Positions 30,731 to 44,650 of a DNA stretch of 64,000 nt are shown in pieces. The notes beneath the pieces were generated by a model, which saw nothing but the letters and a program-made list of their open reading frames with translations, was not told the DNA's origin and ran no database searches. The stretch comes from Hydrolagus affinis (taxonomy: Eukaryota). Position numbers and translations under genes: made by a program. Numbering within the stretch: the first letter of the stretch is position 1; each line of letters begins with the position of its first letter. Location of the stretch: NCBI GenBank assembly GCA_012026655.1, contig JAAILG010000020.1, forward strand, positions 124,001-188,000, read 5' to 3'.

Positions 30731-33349
30731 TGGTACATCTGGGGTGGGGGAAAGGTGCACGGCAGGAAGGGGAGGACGAGATGGGGAAGGAGTGGGAGGA
30801 AAGACAGAATAACAATCTTGAGGGCTGGCGTGCTGCTGGAGACCGTTGAGGGTTAATGCGATCTCCTGATGTTGCGGTCGGGAGGGTGGGGGTGGGGGGG
30901 AGTTGGGAGGGTGGGGGAGCCGGAGAAACTAACGGCAAATAACAGCTATTACGATGCACAATAATAAAAAAAAGTTAATTACTTTAAAAAAAATGACAGG
31001 TCCATTTCATCAAAAATGACTTGCTAACCTGTTCTAGGTAAAAAAAAACTGCCAGATTCCTAGGCCAGAGTACTTATTGCCAGCTGCTCGATAAATGGTC
31101 TGCACTGTTGGTATAGAGCTGAGATGTCACGGACAGCTAGGGATGTGATTTATAGAGCAATAATTGATACACTTAATGAAGCACTTACATACTGACTGCC
31201 CACCTGGTTTCAATCACCCCTGAAACCTACATTGCTGTCCCTGCTGGGAGACTTTCTGCAACTCAGCCTGAGAAAGCTCAGTGCGGACAGGAGGGATTTT
31301 TTCGGAGGGGAAAAAAAAATGGGGAATTTAAGAATTTCTTTCCTTTCCCCGTGAAAACAAACTCAAAACTACTCCACAGGAACAATGCTTCTTCCTTATT
31401 CCTCCGTCTGTAACAAACATTGCCTTTTTTAAGGTACAATGGAACCCTGTGTTATCACGCACTTTTGCTTACAGCACAAATGGAGTGTGCATTTACCTCT
31501 CTCATTCCCCCGCCTCCCCACAAAATAGTAAAACTTTGTGCATCGCTTCAATTGATGCTTCCATAATGGCTGGCTTCCAGTGCTCAGGTCACTGATGTAA
31601 TTTCTTGCGCACACCCCAATCTTGCTTTGTGTGTACTCAGGGCATGCGGAAGCACTTCCCAGTGATCGTGCCCTGTTATAAGGTTGATTGGGAATATTTA
31701 TCACCCAAATCTCCCCCAAACCAAACTACTGTATTGAGATATAACAGAGCTCCACTGTTCAGTGTTCTAGCTTTTCCTAGCATAGATAGCGTTCTTTAAC
31801 AAAACACGCAGACATTACACTTTACAGTAAAATCTGTGAAGTGCTTCAGACGTCCACTGAACGTGAAAGGTGCTGTTCCAAATGTTATTAATATTTCTTT
31901 GAAAGAGCAAAAATTTATATAAAAGGTCAAACAACATTAACTGTGTGGTAGATAGTTTTGAGATTCTTACGGTTAAATCTCACCTATGCATGTCATGCAG
32001 AGTGAAACAAAAGAGATAAAATAAGAGTGGGTCTTTTACTGAGACTCATAATGTTACCTCTATTTATCCTCACTTAATCTTTTTCACCAGCATTGGCGGA
32101 GTTTATTCCTCTGCTCTTTAGAACTCTTAATCTAAAGGCAATCGCTCCCTGTTTGTTCAATCTCTCCTTGTTCTCAAACCCTCTTGAAAATGTACGTCTT
32201 TGAATATGCCCTTTGGCCGACATTCCCAAATCCCCTCCCCTCCCCTCCCCTGCTCTGTGATCCCCACCATCTCAGTGAAACGCTTCTGGGACATTCATGC
32301 GACGTGCAAGCAGCTATGCAAGGATGTGGTTAATATAAGAGATGGGATTTGGAGAATCTTGAGATATGGAAAGGGACTTAAAACGTAATCTCCAATTTTG
32401 AAACAAAACAGGTGGGGTTTACGTCAAAGTGGTTTACAAATGTTATTAGATTCATTCTGGACACCTCTGCCCTCCTTCAAAGTGAATCTCTATGGGGTCA
32501 GGATTATTTCCTGGCATTGTTAAGAAGGAAATTCTGCCTGAACAAAATGGGATTATCACTGTAACCCCTGCAATGGTCTCTGGTTTATTTCAGTCAATGT
32601 GAATGAGAACTGTAACCTCTCCCCTTCCCCGCAGATAGAGGAGAAATAGGTTATACTCAGCGAGGTTACTGAAAGGACTCTGGCCCCACCCATGCTCCTT
32701 CCTGCTCTCTTGACCCCTTGCTCCTGTTGACTGGAGGGAAGTGAATGCAAGCATTGCTGGCAGGATCAGCTTTGCGGAAGCAAAAATGGAACTATCATGA
32801 CTCAAACAAATGATTTAGAAGGAAATAAGCACTTGGCTTAGGTTGTGCAGGGATCAGCTGAGGCACCAAAACCCTGGGAACAACTGCTTGGATTAAACGG
32901 AATAGAACCCATGGCAGCAAGTCACCACTGGGGTGGGGTTAGATGTGATTTACCACCTTCCTGTCGTTTGAAGGTTATGACTGTATATTTAAGATAAGGC
33001 CATTCTTGACTATCAGTGCTATCCACCAAGCAGCCGGGTTGTTAACCCTAACTTCCCTGTGAGTTTGTGATTTTCTTTCTTCCCATTATTAGCCCTTCGG
33101 ACAGTTCCCAGGCTACAGAGGAATCTTGAGAGAATAGGCCACAGATGGACATGGCTGAGCTCCTCTCCTGTGTAAGGTATATGGTCAAGGGCTTTGAAGC
33201 GCTCTGAGACGCCATCCGGTGTGGAGGGCACTATATAAATCGAAGTTGTTGTTGTTCAAGGAGCTGCCCTGACCATATACCTGATCTCTCTTATACTGCA
33301 ACCCTAGAGACAGTCTTATTTCAGTTTGAACCTCAAACTAATGGTGTCA

Positions 33350-33735
33350 GTCTTGCTCACTTGAAAACACTTTTGCGTCTGAGTCAGAAGGTTGTGGAGT
33401 CAATCGTCACATTAGAACTTTTACAATCTAGGCTAATGATTGAGTGCAGGGTGTGTTGCATTATCAGAGTTGGATCAGTCATTAAATTGAGGTCTCATCT
33501 GTGGATGTTAAAAGATCCAGCAACACTTTTTGAAAAGAGAAAGGAATGTCTTCCAGTGTCCTGATCAACAATCCCCCAAATAAAATAGGTCACTCACTTC
33601 ATGGCTGCTTATGGGATATTTCTGTGTGCAATTTAGCTGTCCCATTCACACCTAATATAAATACAGTTACTACACCATACACAAAGTTCTGTGAAGCACT
33701 TTGAGACATCTCAACAATGTGATATCAAGGATTGT
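33350..33735 (+). mobile_element. Near full-length Deu-domain SINE
   Basis: Head gtctgagtcagaaggttgtgg..., core gtggatgttaaaagatcc...gtgtcctgatcaacaatccccc, tail gaagcactttgagacatctc. Confidence 0.8.
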
Positions 33736-35264
33736 TATATAACATGTACAGTGTTATATAACATGTACAGTGCCTTGTGCCATCTGCACACCACTGCGCT
33801 GGGTAGATTTCTATTGCATGCACAAACTAAGCGTGGAGAAGGGATATGGTAAATTAGGCAGAGCATTGGATTAGTTTATTGCCGTGTCTTTGCTACATTT
33901 GTTTAATCATCTTCTGCATTCAGTTCATTGACTTTCATGATTGTTGAAGAAACTTGAATCAAGCTCCAGACTTAATTCTTTCCAGTTGGAATAGAATCAC
34001 CTTCCTCTATCATTCTTCAGCGCATGGCAAACCTGGAAGCCTCTTTAATGCCTTGCCCATTAACCCCTGCATCACAACACTGCATCTTATTGGAAGGAGA
34101 AGTTGCGGAATCCACAGATATTCATGGAGTGAGTGGTAATAACAACAACAAATTACATTTACATAACGCCTTTCATGTCGGAAAGGTGTCCCAAACCACT
34201 GAGTTTTATCTGATCAATTTTATCTGGGAGATTGTTGGCCAGGACATGGCTAGAAATTTAATCTCAAAGACTAACATGGGATCTTCAACGTGTACCTGAA
34301 CAAGCACAGACGTTTAGTGTCTCACCTGAAGTACAACACAATGCAGTACACCCCAGCACTGCACTGGAGCATCAGCCTAGACTATAATCTAGGTCCCGAC
34401 ATGGGCTTGTGAACCCACAATCGTCTGATTCACAGATGAGAGTGAATGAGCGAGCAGACTGACATTAGGATTTAAAAGATTATCGTAGGAGGAACACCTC
34501 ATCTAGATCTTGGCTTGCACCTTTACTATTAGCATTGCAAAGTCTGGGACACTGTGCTCGCAGTAGTCCACACAAAACAAAATGGCCCCACAGACCGAAG
34601 GCATTTGCAGGCATTGTGTGATGCTGCTCAGGTACAACGAAAGTGAACGTGATAGAATCTTAAGGACCTCCACAAAAGCATCAGTGAAGACGTAATATAC
34701 CTGGAATTCTCCCCGACTGAGGCAAGGCCTCAGCTAATCTGCACTGTTTGATACAAAGCGCATACTTTCATAGTCTTCACAGTACTTTATAACACAGAGA
34801 GCAATTTACAGGCCATTGTAAGCATTTCAAGCATGTCAGAAAAACTCTTTATATCTCAAGAACAAACAAGTCACTCAAAAAATTAGTGTGAGTCCTAGAG
34901 TGTGAGTAATTCTCAATGAGGAGCTGTGACAAGGGGTGGTAATGGGACCCGCATGTAGAGGGGCATCTGCAGTGAGTGGGTCAGAAAGGGATGTTGACAT
35001 CTATTTTCTTCCTTGATGGGATGTTGAGATTTGCTGGAATTTTTCAGAATTTAGCCTCAAAAGGAACATTGATTGAACAGAAAAACATTCTTCAGAAATT
35101 GACTTCAATGAGACGCCGTCTTAGTCTGTTCTCCAGCACCCACCCCCACACCCACCCCCGCTCCCCTCCCCCAGCCCTCACTGACCCTCAAAGTGCAGCT
35201 CTCTGGGTTACACAGACCAGCAAGTCACGGGTTCAAATCTGGTTTGTGACAAGTTGCTGATAAT

Positions 35265-35715
35265 AATTATAATCCTTGCATTTGACATAACGCCTTATTG
35301 TGTCTTCAAAATGTGCCGTATCATATTGGAAGGCTGTCTCAAGCGCTTCACAGGATTTGCTGTGAAATTGAATGACCGTGTATTTGTAGGCAAAAGCAGC
35401 AACGCAATTGCGCTTAGCAACGTCCCACAAGCAGCTATGGAGTGAGTGGCCAATCTTATTTGGGTGATTGTTGGCCATGACACTGCCAACAAGAAACTCA
35501 CTTGGATCTTTAACATCCACCTGAACAGCTGGACGGGACCTTAGTTTAGCGTCTCATCCAAAGACGATATCTCTGACAATGCAACATCCCCCTGCACTGT
35601 TACAATGTCAGCTCTTGGACAATGTGAATTCAAGTCCCGACAAGGCATTTGACTTGTTCACCAGCCAACCCTTTGACTCAAAAACGAGAACACTATCACC
35701 ACGCCAGGCTGATAT
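35265..35715 (-). mobile_element. Near full-length Deu-domain SINE
   Basis: Reverse tail aatccttgcatttgacataacgcc; core ggatctttaacatccacctgaacagctggacgggaccttagtttagcgtctcatcc; head ctttgactcaaaaacgag. Confidence 0.85.
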
Positions 35716-37219
35716 TAAAGCAGCAAAATCATCCTTCTGCTGTGAAAGGCAGTACTGTACATACAGTACATACACATTTATACAGTGCATTTCACAGCCG
35801 AGCAACATCTCAAAACACTTGACTGCTGGCTGAGCTGTGAGCGGGAGCTGAAGGGGGATCAAAGAGGTAGGTCTTGAGATGTGTTGTCCACATATGAGTA
35901 CCCACATGCCAAAGCCCACTTGTAAACCACAGGGGTGAATCAGGCACTGAACAGTCGATAAAAACTGGATCCCAATAGAGGGAATAAAACAACAACAAAA
36001 TTACATTTCTAGAGCGCCTTTCACGTCGGGAGGATGTCCTAAGGCGCTGAGAGTCAAGAGAGGGAGATAGCACACTGCCCTTTCATGGGGCTTGAATCCA
36101 GTTAAAATTTCTGGGATAAACTGTGTGTGCGTGAGAGAGAGAGAGAGAGCGAGAAAGAGACTTCGAAGTTCTGTTAAACAAAGTATGTTTATGGGCCAAG
36201 TTCCCAGATGGAGTCAGTCCCCAACAGAACGGCTGCCCCCTGTTCACTACCCAGCAATCAACTGAGCGAGGCTCTGGGTTGGGTGTTGCGGGAAATGAAA
36301 CACTTACATTGGGGCGGTCCAGGGTCACCTGTAAGGTCAGGGACAAGGCACAGACCCTTTAGCTGTGTGTCAACGAGGAGGTAAGTAAAGCAAACAGACT
36401 GAATTGTGTCGAGGTCGGTCAGTCACAGGCACAGAAGCTCCTGTCAGCCGGCGGAGCATGGTGTGGGACGGCAAGGCGAGCCGGGGAAGGGGAAGGGGTT
36501 TGAATAACATTTAAATTGTTTTAAAAACACAGAGCCAGAGCGGGGGAGGGTCTGAGAGCACAAAAACAGCTGTAAACTGTAATCTACTCCGAGGTTTATA
36601 ACTGTAATAACTCACCAAGACACATGTGGTGTGAGTGGATACGATCAGAGTGGAAATTTGACAAGCAGGCAATGATCTAAAGCAGGTTAGGCTCTGGCTA
36701 TCACCCAGCACTTGGGAAGCCAAGTCAGATACTGTTTATATTCAAGCAGCCAATTATACGTTTCCTTATTATACCAAATATACGCACACATTTAGACTCC
36801 GGGCAACAATAAAACAACTTCAGTCAATTGACGCAAAATCCTTTTTTTTAAACACTACAAATAAATGCCATGTCCGTCACGATCTGGGTTTTGTGTTCCA
36901 CAACAATGTCTCAAACCAGATTAGAGCGAACAACACTGTTATTAATTGCCACTTAATAGACAGAGATAAATATCGGGCCATTTACTCGCGTCTCTCAGGG
37001 ATTCTTGTCCAGAACAGCTAGAGCATAAGCAGTAGGGAAAAGCAGGGATATTGTAGAGACTTTCTAACCTTCATGGAAAAAAATGCTGGGTGTAAAAAGT
37101 ACAGCGCAGAAAAAGCTTGTTCGGCTTCTCCCCTCAAGCCGATACTAGAGCTATCTCATCCACTAGATTTACTCTAATCCCAATTTCCTGCTCTTACCTC
37201 AAATCCTTTTATACTGTTT

Positions 37220-37580
37220 TTTAAATCTGTGTTTGATATAGAACATCAACGAGGCAACTAAAAAGCATTTTACAGAAACTACTTCGCAATGTAGTGTCTG
37301 TGTATTTGGTAGGCAAATGGAACATGCAATTTGCACACAGCAATGCCCCACAAACAGCCATGGAGTGAATGACCAATTTCATCTGGGGGATTGTTGGACA
37401 AGACACCAGGAGAGAGAAAGTTCCTTCACTTTTCACATTGTTGTTACAGGATCATTCACATCTAACTGAACAGGCAGGGACCTCAGTTTAATGTCCCAAC
37501 TGAAGAACAACAACTCTGTCAATGAATTGTTCCCCCAGCTCTGTGCTGAAATGTCAACCTAGACTGTGAGTTCAAAGCAC
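37220..37580 (-). mobile_element. Deu-domain SINE
   Basis: gcaatttgcacacagcaatgccccacaaacagccatggagtgaatgacc...gggacctcagtttaatgtc. Confidence 0.75.
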
Positions 37581-39449
37581 AAGAATCACTTGTTTAGAAT
37601 AGATGTACATGACAACTCTACAGGGCTCCTTGCTAAGAGCACAGAATGTAAATTACACCAAATGTCTGTTGTACTCTCTACCCATCGATGAATGTGACCT
37701 GTAACCATAGCAACAGCCTCAGAATAGCAGGCCTCAAGCCTTCTAGGGTGTGACAGGAACAACGTGGGGTTTTTCACAATAAACTAATTGTATTTACTGC
37801 TCTGTAATAAATAGTTTTACAGATGAGATAACTTCAAATGGGTGTTTGTACACAGCACTAACAAGCCTTCCGTGCAGCATCAACATTAACTTTCGGAGTC
37901 TCTGAGTCCTTAGTGGGTTGCTGTCATGCCACAGTGATTCTGTTCAGGTCCTGTCCTCGCAACAGACAACACCACCAAAAAATACATTTGACGAGTGCCT
38001 TTCATGTCCCAAGGTACTGGACAGTCAGGAATCTGCACCCGAATTGGTGGTTGGGATCAGGTGTGGTGGACGGTGGGGAGAGGAGGATAGACAGACAATC
38101 TGAGGCATGTGCAGCATCCTACAAGCGTCAGAGCAAAACACGCCAACCACCGGCTACGTCCAAATAACTAGCTGAAACACATGTGACATGTGCACACAAA
38201 CAGACATGTCTACTGTTGAGTGTGCAAATACACACATGGACGTATGCATTCACACAAACATGGACACACATAATAATAATGCTTGAATTTGATATAGCAC
38301 TTTTTACATCTTCTAGACGTCTCAAAGCACTTCACAGAATATACTGTAAAGTGAATTGACTATTTTTGTGGGCGAAGGACCAAATTATTATGGTGTTTTT
38401 TTTTAAACTTATGCCCAGTTTTGGAAATATTAGACATGCAAAGGAACTAAATATTGTGTGGCCAAGCTGAGAAGCAGCAGTATGTGCAGAATATATGATT
38501 AGCAAGCTCAGTGGAAGATGTGATTGATGACGAGGAAGAAGATTTCTTAGAGGATCTGGTTTCTAATGTCTGCAGAGTGCCCGAGGGCAGTGTGTTTACT
38601 GGACATGTGCCCCTCGCCTGACCTCACTGTTTGTATCACATCTACAGGCACAGAATCTCTTCTACATGAGCTCACATGTACACTGAGGTGCAATACCCTA
38701 AGGGAACAGGTGATAGAAATCTCTACCTCCCTCGCTGCCTGCCTCACTAGCCCCCCATCGCTGTCTTCCTCATTGCCTCTCTGCCTGCCCCGTCTCCCTT
38801 ACTAACTCTCTGCCTTCCCCATCTTCCTCGCTGCCTCCCTGCCTGCCCGCCCGCTTCCCTTGAATATTTACTGGCCAAGTAACATTGGCTAGTGAGTAAC
38901 CGGCAAGCTTCCCATTCAGATGTTCACAGCACACAGAGTGCTTTGTGAGAACTGAGGGGGGAAACTCGAGTTAAACTGCAAATCACAAACTGGTTGCACA
39001 GAATCAAGAGGGATGGAAGGTGGTGATGGTGTCCGAACGTACGGTCAAAGAGGAAGGTCTTGAGATGAAACACTACACATTACAGTCACACATCTAACGT
39101 GAAAGGCTGTGTTTATTATTATTCAAGCTCAACCACGCTCGTGCCTCAAGAGGTTAAATCTGGAGAACACTTCTCAGTATGTGCAACAGACTATTTGTCT
39201 ACAGTTGTTAAAATCAAATAAACACGAGGATCGTTGTTACTGTAATGACAGGACAACTTGATTATTTTTTACAAATAATATTTACTGTAAACTATTTATT
39301 GTAGATTTCAGGGGTGGGCGAAGGGAGGGGAATGGGAGTGGCCAGTCGATCAGATGGATGCTGGTAATGCGTTAGCAAGTCAGCCCAGTATCCAATACGC
39401 AACACACACCGATCTCACCTTTCCCTCGTCACATGCTGGCTCGCTGTGT

Positions 39450-39795
39450 CTCAGCCCGGCTCAGGTTGGTAGGACTCTCACTTCCGAGTCAGAAAGTTGT
39501 TATTTTGAACATACCTAAGCTGACACTCCAGTTCAATGCTGGGGGAGCTGTCCTTCAAATGAGACGTTAATCCACTCATTCAGATGAATACTAAAAATCT
39601 CATTACACTGTTCAAAATTAGAAACATAGTTTCTCTCTCCCGGTATCCTGGCCAACAATCCCCCAGATAAAATTGGCCATTCACTGCATGGTTGTTTGTG
39701 GGACATTGCTGTGCGCAAACTGACTGCCGCATTCATGTTCAAAATACGCAGTCACCACACATACAGTATATCAAATGCAAGATTATTATTATTAA
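39450..39795 (+). mobile_element. Deu-domain SINE
   Basis: Head cggctcaggttggtaggactctcacttccgagtcagaaagttg; core gatgaatactaaaaatc...cctggccaacaatccccc; tail atcaaatgcaagattattatt. Confidence 0.8.
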
Positions 39796-42700
39796 ATGTA
39801 TTCTGTACTTCATCTGTTCCTAAAACTGGTCTCAAACCAATGTCTGATCAATTGTATCAGGACGGACATTAGTCTGAAAGAGGACCATTACCTTAAGAAC
39901 ATAAGAAATGCTAAATCAAAAAAAGACCAAGGTCCACCTGGTTTACCTTCCTCACAGTCACATGCACACATGTCCCAATCTACCTATCTACTATATCCTT
40001 TATTAAGATACATTTGGGGGAAAATTAGACTGAGTTCTAACGTTCTTCTCAACTTGGCTCCTAACCTTGTATTTATTGGACACAGGTTCTAATTAAAGGA
40101 CAGCTGTACACTGCTCTGTCAGGAATTTGATTAAACAGAACTTAATAACGATACAAATAGGACCAGCCAAATTCAGCCATATGTTTAATTCCCTGATCTG
40201 CCATAAAACACGTTAGGTGGAGCACACTTTGATTGGAAAAGCGCATCCCACCATCCGCCTCACCTGCCTCGCATTATACATCTCATCATTGCCCATTTGT
40301 GTGAAACATATCTTGCACTCATTATCCCAATGGTCCTAATTGGCTTGGCAGACCTCACTGAATCACTGAAGAATATTGCTCGCTGATGCATTTGTGGCAC
40401 AGTCTGAGGTATGACTCTGGCTACTGACTAGAGATGTTGGCTATGTTGGGAAGAGTTTTGGTGCCCTTTCACTTTACACAAAAGACGGGAACATTTCCAG
40501 CCTGCAACCTCTAAATGACCACAACCAAATCTCTTCCACAATCCTGAGTTTATTGTGCTGTAATTTATCCATCACAATACAGTCCTGAGGGATATATTGG
40601 CTTTCAGCCCCTCGGGTCTGTCTCAAACTTCTGACTCACGATTCAACTGCCAGCTCTCACACAATGGGTGTGAGATGTGGTCTCGTGTCCATCCTGTTTA
40701 AAAACGAGCAGCAAGTAGACATTTACTCTGTTCATAATATTCTTTCTTCTCATTTTCAACTCTGCATCGTTGAGTTTAGTTTCCCTGCCTGACTATCCTC
40801 TTGCTGTTATAACACTAACAATATTTTGGCATTCTATGTTACATCTGCTACGTACTTTTCCATATCTCTCTTGGCTCAGTTTATCTCATTCCTGTTAAGT
40901 CGTGTACTCAGTTTAATGGGTTGCCCTTCATCCCACCAGCTTTGTAAACTTTCCTTTTTTTTCTCCTGATCCTCCCTTAAACATTCCCTTTCTGTATGAA
41001 TTCGAGGCCCAAAACTCCTCCTCCTCCAAGTCTCCCAAACTATTTTGTCTTAAAATGTAAGTTTGTGCAGAGTTGTACCAAGTTTTAAAATTCAGTCCTA
41101 ATTTGGAAGTTTGTTTTGGTACTGTTTGCACTTGGCAAAGCCTCTTTCACATCAAGAGGTCATCTCAAAGCGCTTAACAGAATCTACTGAAAATTAATCA
41201 TTCCGTTGTTGTTGGCCGCCAATTTGCACACAGCAATGGCCGACAAACCAACCATGAATGTAATGACTAATTTTCTTTGCGGGATTGTTGGCCAGGACAC
41301 CGGGAGAGAGGAACTGTGCACTAGTCTTCAATTCTAATTAATCTTCAATTCACTTTATCTTTAATTCAAACTGAATTTAACGATTTTCCACATTTCTATA
41401 CATTTAGCTAAACTGAATATTTTTTTTACAAAATCCCGAACTTCAAATCTATTCAGTCCCAAATATACAGATCCTACACTGCGGTATCTCTCAATCAATG
41501 TTTTCACCAAATAGCTATCTAGCTCTTTACATGAAATCTGAACTGTTTGTTCATCTTCTCTCTTCCTGAGCTCAAGTCCACATCCCGGCTGATCCTCTGT
41601 GGAGCAATTTTGTTTAACTCATCCCTGCTGCATTTAGGTATGTACTTGTTCTGTATGGTCCTCATCATGCTTTAGAAGGAAGCCAATTTATCCTCAACAC
41701 ATTTACTCTCAACTTAGTGCCTCCCAGTCCGCAATGCTAAACACAGCCCTTATAATAATAATAATACTTGCATCAATACTTGATATAACGCCTTATCACG
41801 TCTTTGAGAGTGTCAAAGCGCTTCACAGAATATACTGAAAAGTGAATTGACTGTGCATTTTGTGGACGTAACGCAGCAGCCAATTGTACACAGTAGTGTC
41901 CCACAAACAACTGTCGATTATACCCTTGAAGTTAGCCTATATGAAGTTGAATACTGTAGTTCCGATTCACTGTTATACTGTTTCCCACGTTAGATTGCAA
42001 GTTACTGAAATATAATTACTGTCGTACAATGGTTCCCTACTTCTACTCCCCAACCACAACTAAGTCTTAAGAGCATGGTAATTTCTAACTTGAAAATATT
42101 GAAGGAGAAACTCGAGACATGAGGGAAAAGCAAATGGAGAGGAACCGGACAGGGGATTAGGAGGGGAGGAGGTTTATGTTGAGTACAAATACTGGCATGG
42201 AGTGGTTGGGCCAAATTGCTTGTTTCTGTGCTGCAACATTCTGTGTAATTCTATGTAAATCTTCCTGAGCAGTCGGGAATTAATTGAGCTCGAGAATTAA
42301 CCGAGCCAGTTCATAGCAACCTGGTTGGGAACTCCCATCAGGAATATATTCCTTTTCTCTCATGCACTTTCACTTTGCCCTGAACCTCTGGAACACTCTC
42401 CCTCGATCCCTCTGCCTTGCCCCCTTTCTCCCTTTTTCGTGTCCCGCCTGAAAACCTTCCCCTTCAACTCAGAGTTAGGCTCAGAGTCAGGCTCCGCCAC
42501 TGTTAGGTGCTCTGAGATGTTACCCTGCAGGAAGGGTGCTGTATAAGTGCAAGTTGTTGTTGTATTTTGCTAACCTCACACTGTAAAGCGTTGTCGGGGG
42601 ACTGGAAGTTCAGTCAATATCACTCGCTGAGGAACAAGAGTCCGTGTTTTCTGAGAGGCTCATTGACCAGGTTAACCTGCTCAATAAAAACAAGTGGACA

Positions 42701-43719
42701 GCAAAAGACCATTTAGCCAATCACACCTGCTACTTGCACAAATCTTACAACCCTGCGCTCTCCCACACAGATACCCCCCACACCTCCACCCATCCCAAAA
42801 GATAATAATTCTTGCATTCGATACAGTGCCTTGTCAAGTTAATGTGACATCTCAAAGCGCTTCACAGGATGTACTGTAAAGTGGATTGACTGTGTTTATG
42901 GGTGAAATGCAGCAGGCAGTCGCACACAACAGACATGCAGTGAATAGCCAGTTTTATTTGGTAATCTGCTGGCTGGAGCTGGTTTAATTCCAGACTGAGT
43001 GCTCAGAGAGAGCAACATTTACACAGAATCCCAGCTTTGTCAGGCCATTAGTCTCCTTCAATGTCCCGGATCTCCTGTGCGTCCCATGGGGTACATATTC
43101 AGCTACAACAGACAGGAGTCACCAGTCCATTCCTGTGTTTATACGCCACCCGAATCTCTGCTCCTCCTTTCTAACCCCATTCCCTCCCTCTCTTCATTAA
43201 AAAGGTTATCGCATCACATTTTCAAGTGTTTCTGTGGGAAGAAACTTGGAAGCTTAGGAGGTCAGAGAGCTCTATGGTAACTGAACACATTGGCGAGTAC
43301 ACAGTGAGAATGAGAGTAGGATAAGGAACCAGTTGATATTTTGCTCTGACTATTGAATGCCAGAATATCATGTGTCATATCCATATCCTCAATCTTAATA
43401 ATAATAATAATCCTTGCGTTCGATATTGCGCCTTATCACTTGTTGGAGATGTCTCAAAGTGCTTCATAGAATATAGTGTATATAGCATACAGTCCTTCAA
43501 ACAGTCATGGATAGATTTATTTTATAACATAAACAGCTAACATTGGCTCAACAGCCCTTAAACACAATTGACTATGTTAGTATTGGAACACTGAAGCACT
43601 TTATATCTCATATCTCTTACAAACTCACTTTCACACTGATCTATAAACTTACTCACATTAATTTACACACTTGCCTATACACACACACATCTACATACAC
43701 TCACAATACTTGTATAGTG

Positions 43720-44650
43720 CCTTTCACATCATGAGGATGTCCCAAGGCACTGGACAGTCACTGTATCAGACTCCAGTTGGGGATGTTGGGGGTAGGGAAG
43801 TGGGGGATTAAGAGTTGCCGATGGGACCATCGAAGAGGAGAGTTTTGAGGCGGGACTTGAAGGAGGCCAGGGAGGGGGAGAGGCGGAGAGACTGCGGGAT
43901 GGAATTCCAGAGGTTGGGGTTGCCAGTGGCTAAAGGCTCGCCCGCCAATGGTTGGGCGGATGGGTCGGTGGACTTGGAGCAGGCGAGAGTCTGCTGAGCG
44001 GAGGAGGTGGGCCAGTTGATTAGGGGTTAGAAGGTCACGGATGTAGGGTTTGGCAAGGTTCTGGAGGACTTTGAATGTGAGGACCAGGATCTTAAATTGG
44101 ATCTTCTGGGTGACTTTGAAAGGAGATGTCTCCGTGCTATGGACGGCTTGGAAGCCAGATTGAAGAGGTTCAAGGAGAGAGTGGCGAGAGAGAAAGGAGT
44201 GAAGCTGGGAAGCAACAACTCGTTCTGGGGCCTTGGAGAGGAATGGGAGGTTGGAGATGGGGCAATAGCTGGAGACTAGAGATGAGTCCAGAAAAGGTTT
44301 TTTCAAGATGGGGGTGATGACAGCAGTTTTTAGAGGGTTGGGAACAATGCCGCTGGATAGAGAGAAGTTGATGACATCAGTTAGGAGGGGGGCGCTAGGA
44401 GATGGAGCTGGGAGATGAGAGAGGTGGGGATGGAGTCAAGGGAGCAGGTGGCGGGGTTTCATTTTACTGAAGAGAGCAGAGAGGGTGGGGGGAGAGATAG
44501 GGTCGAAGGTATGGAGTAGGGAGTGGGAGAGAGGTGGATCCTGTGGGGGAAGTAGTGGGTAGTGGGGTAGACGTGGCTGAACGGATCCCCTCGATTTTTT
44601 ATTCGAGGAAGACCAGCATCTCCTCACAGCTGGAGTTGGAGGATGGAATG
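43720..44650 (-). mobile_element. L2-clade LINE ORF2 remnant, internally deleted
   Basis: KKPFLDSSLVSSYCPISNLPFLSKAPERVVASQL...QSGFQAVHSTET (RT N-terminal motifs) joined to QKIQFKILVLTFK...GGRAFS (C-terminus); upstream FDPISP...KMKP segment. Confidence 0.9.

Noticed and set aside
32590-32805. ORF with a signal-like stretch (LILPAMLAFTSLQS)
   Set aside because: No semaphorin similarity and no suitable phase-1 donor.
41915-41945. AACTTCAAG|G-gtat resembling the ...FK|E end of the first coding exon
   Set aside because: In-frame TAG immediately upstream, and it abuts a SINE.
43758-44306. Longest ORF (182 aa) as a host gene
   Set aside because: It is a deleted L2 reverse-transcriptase remnant.
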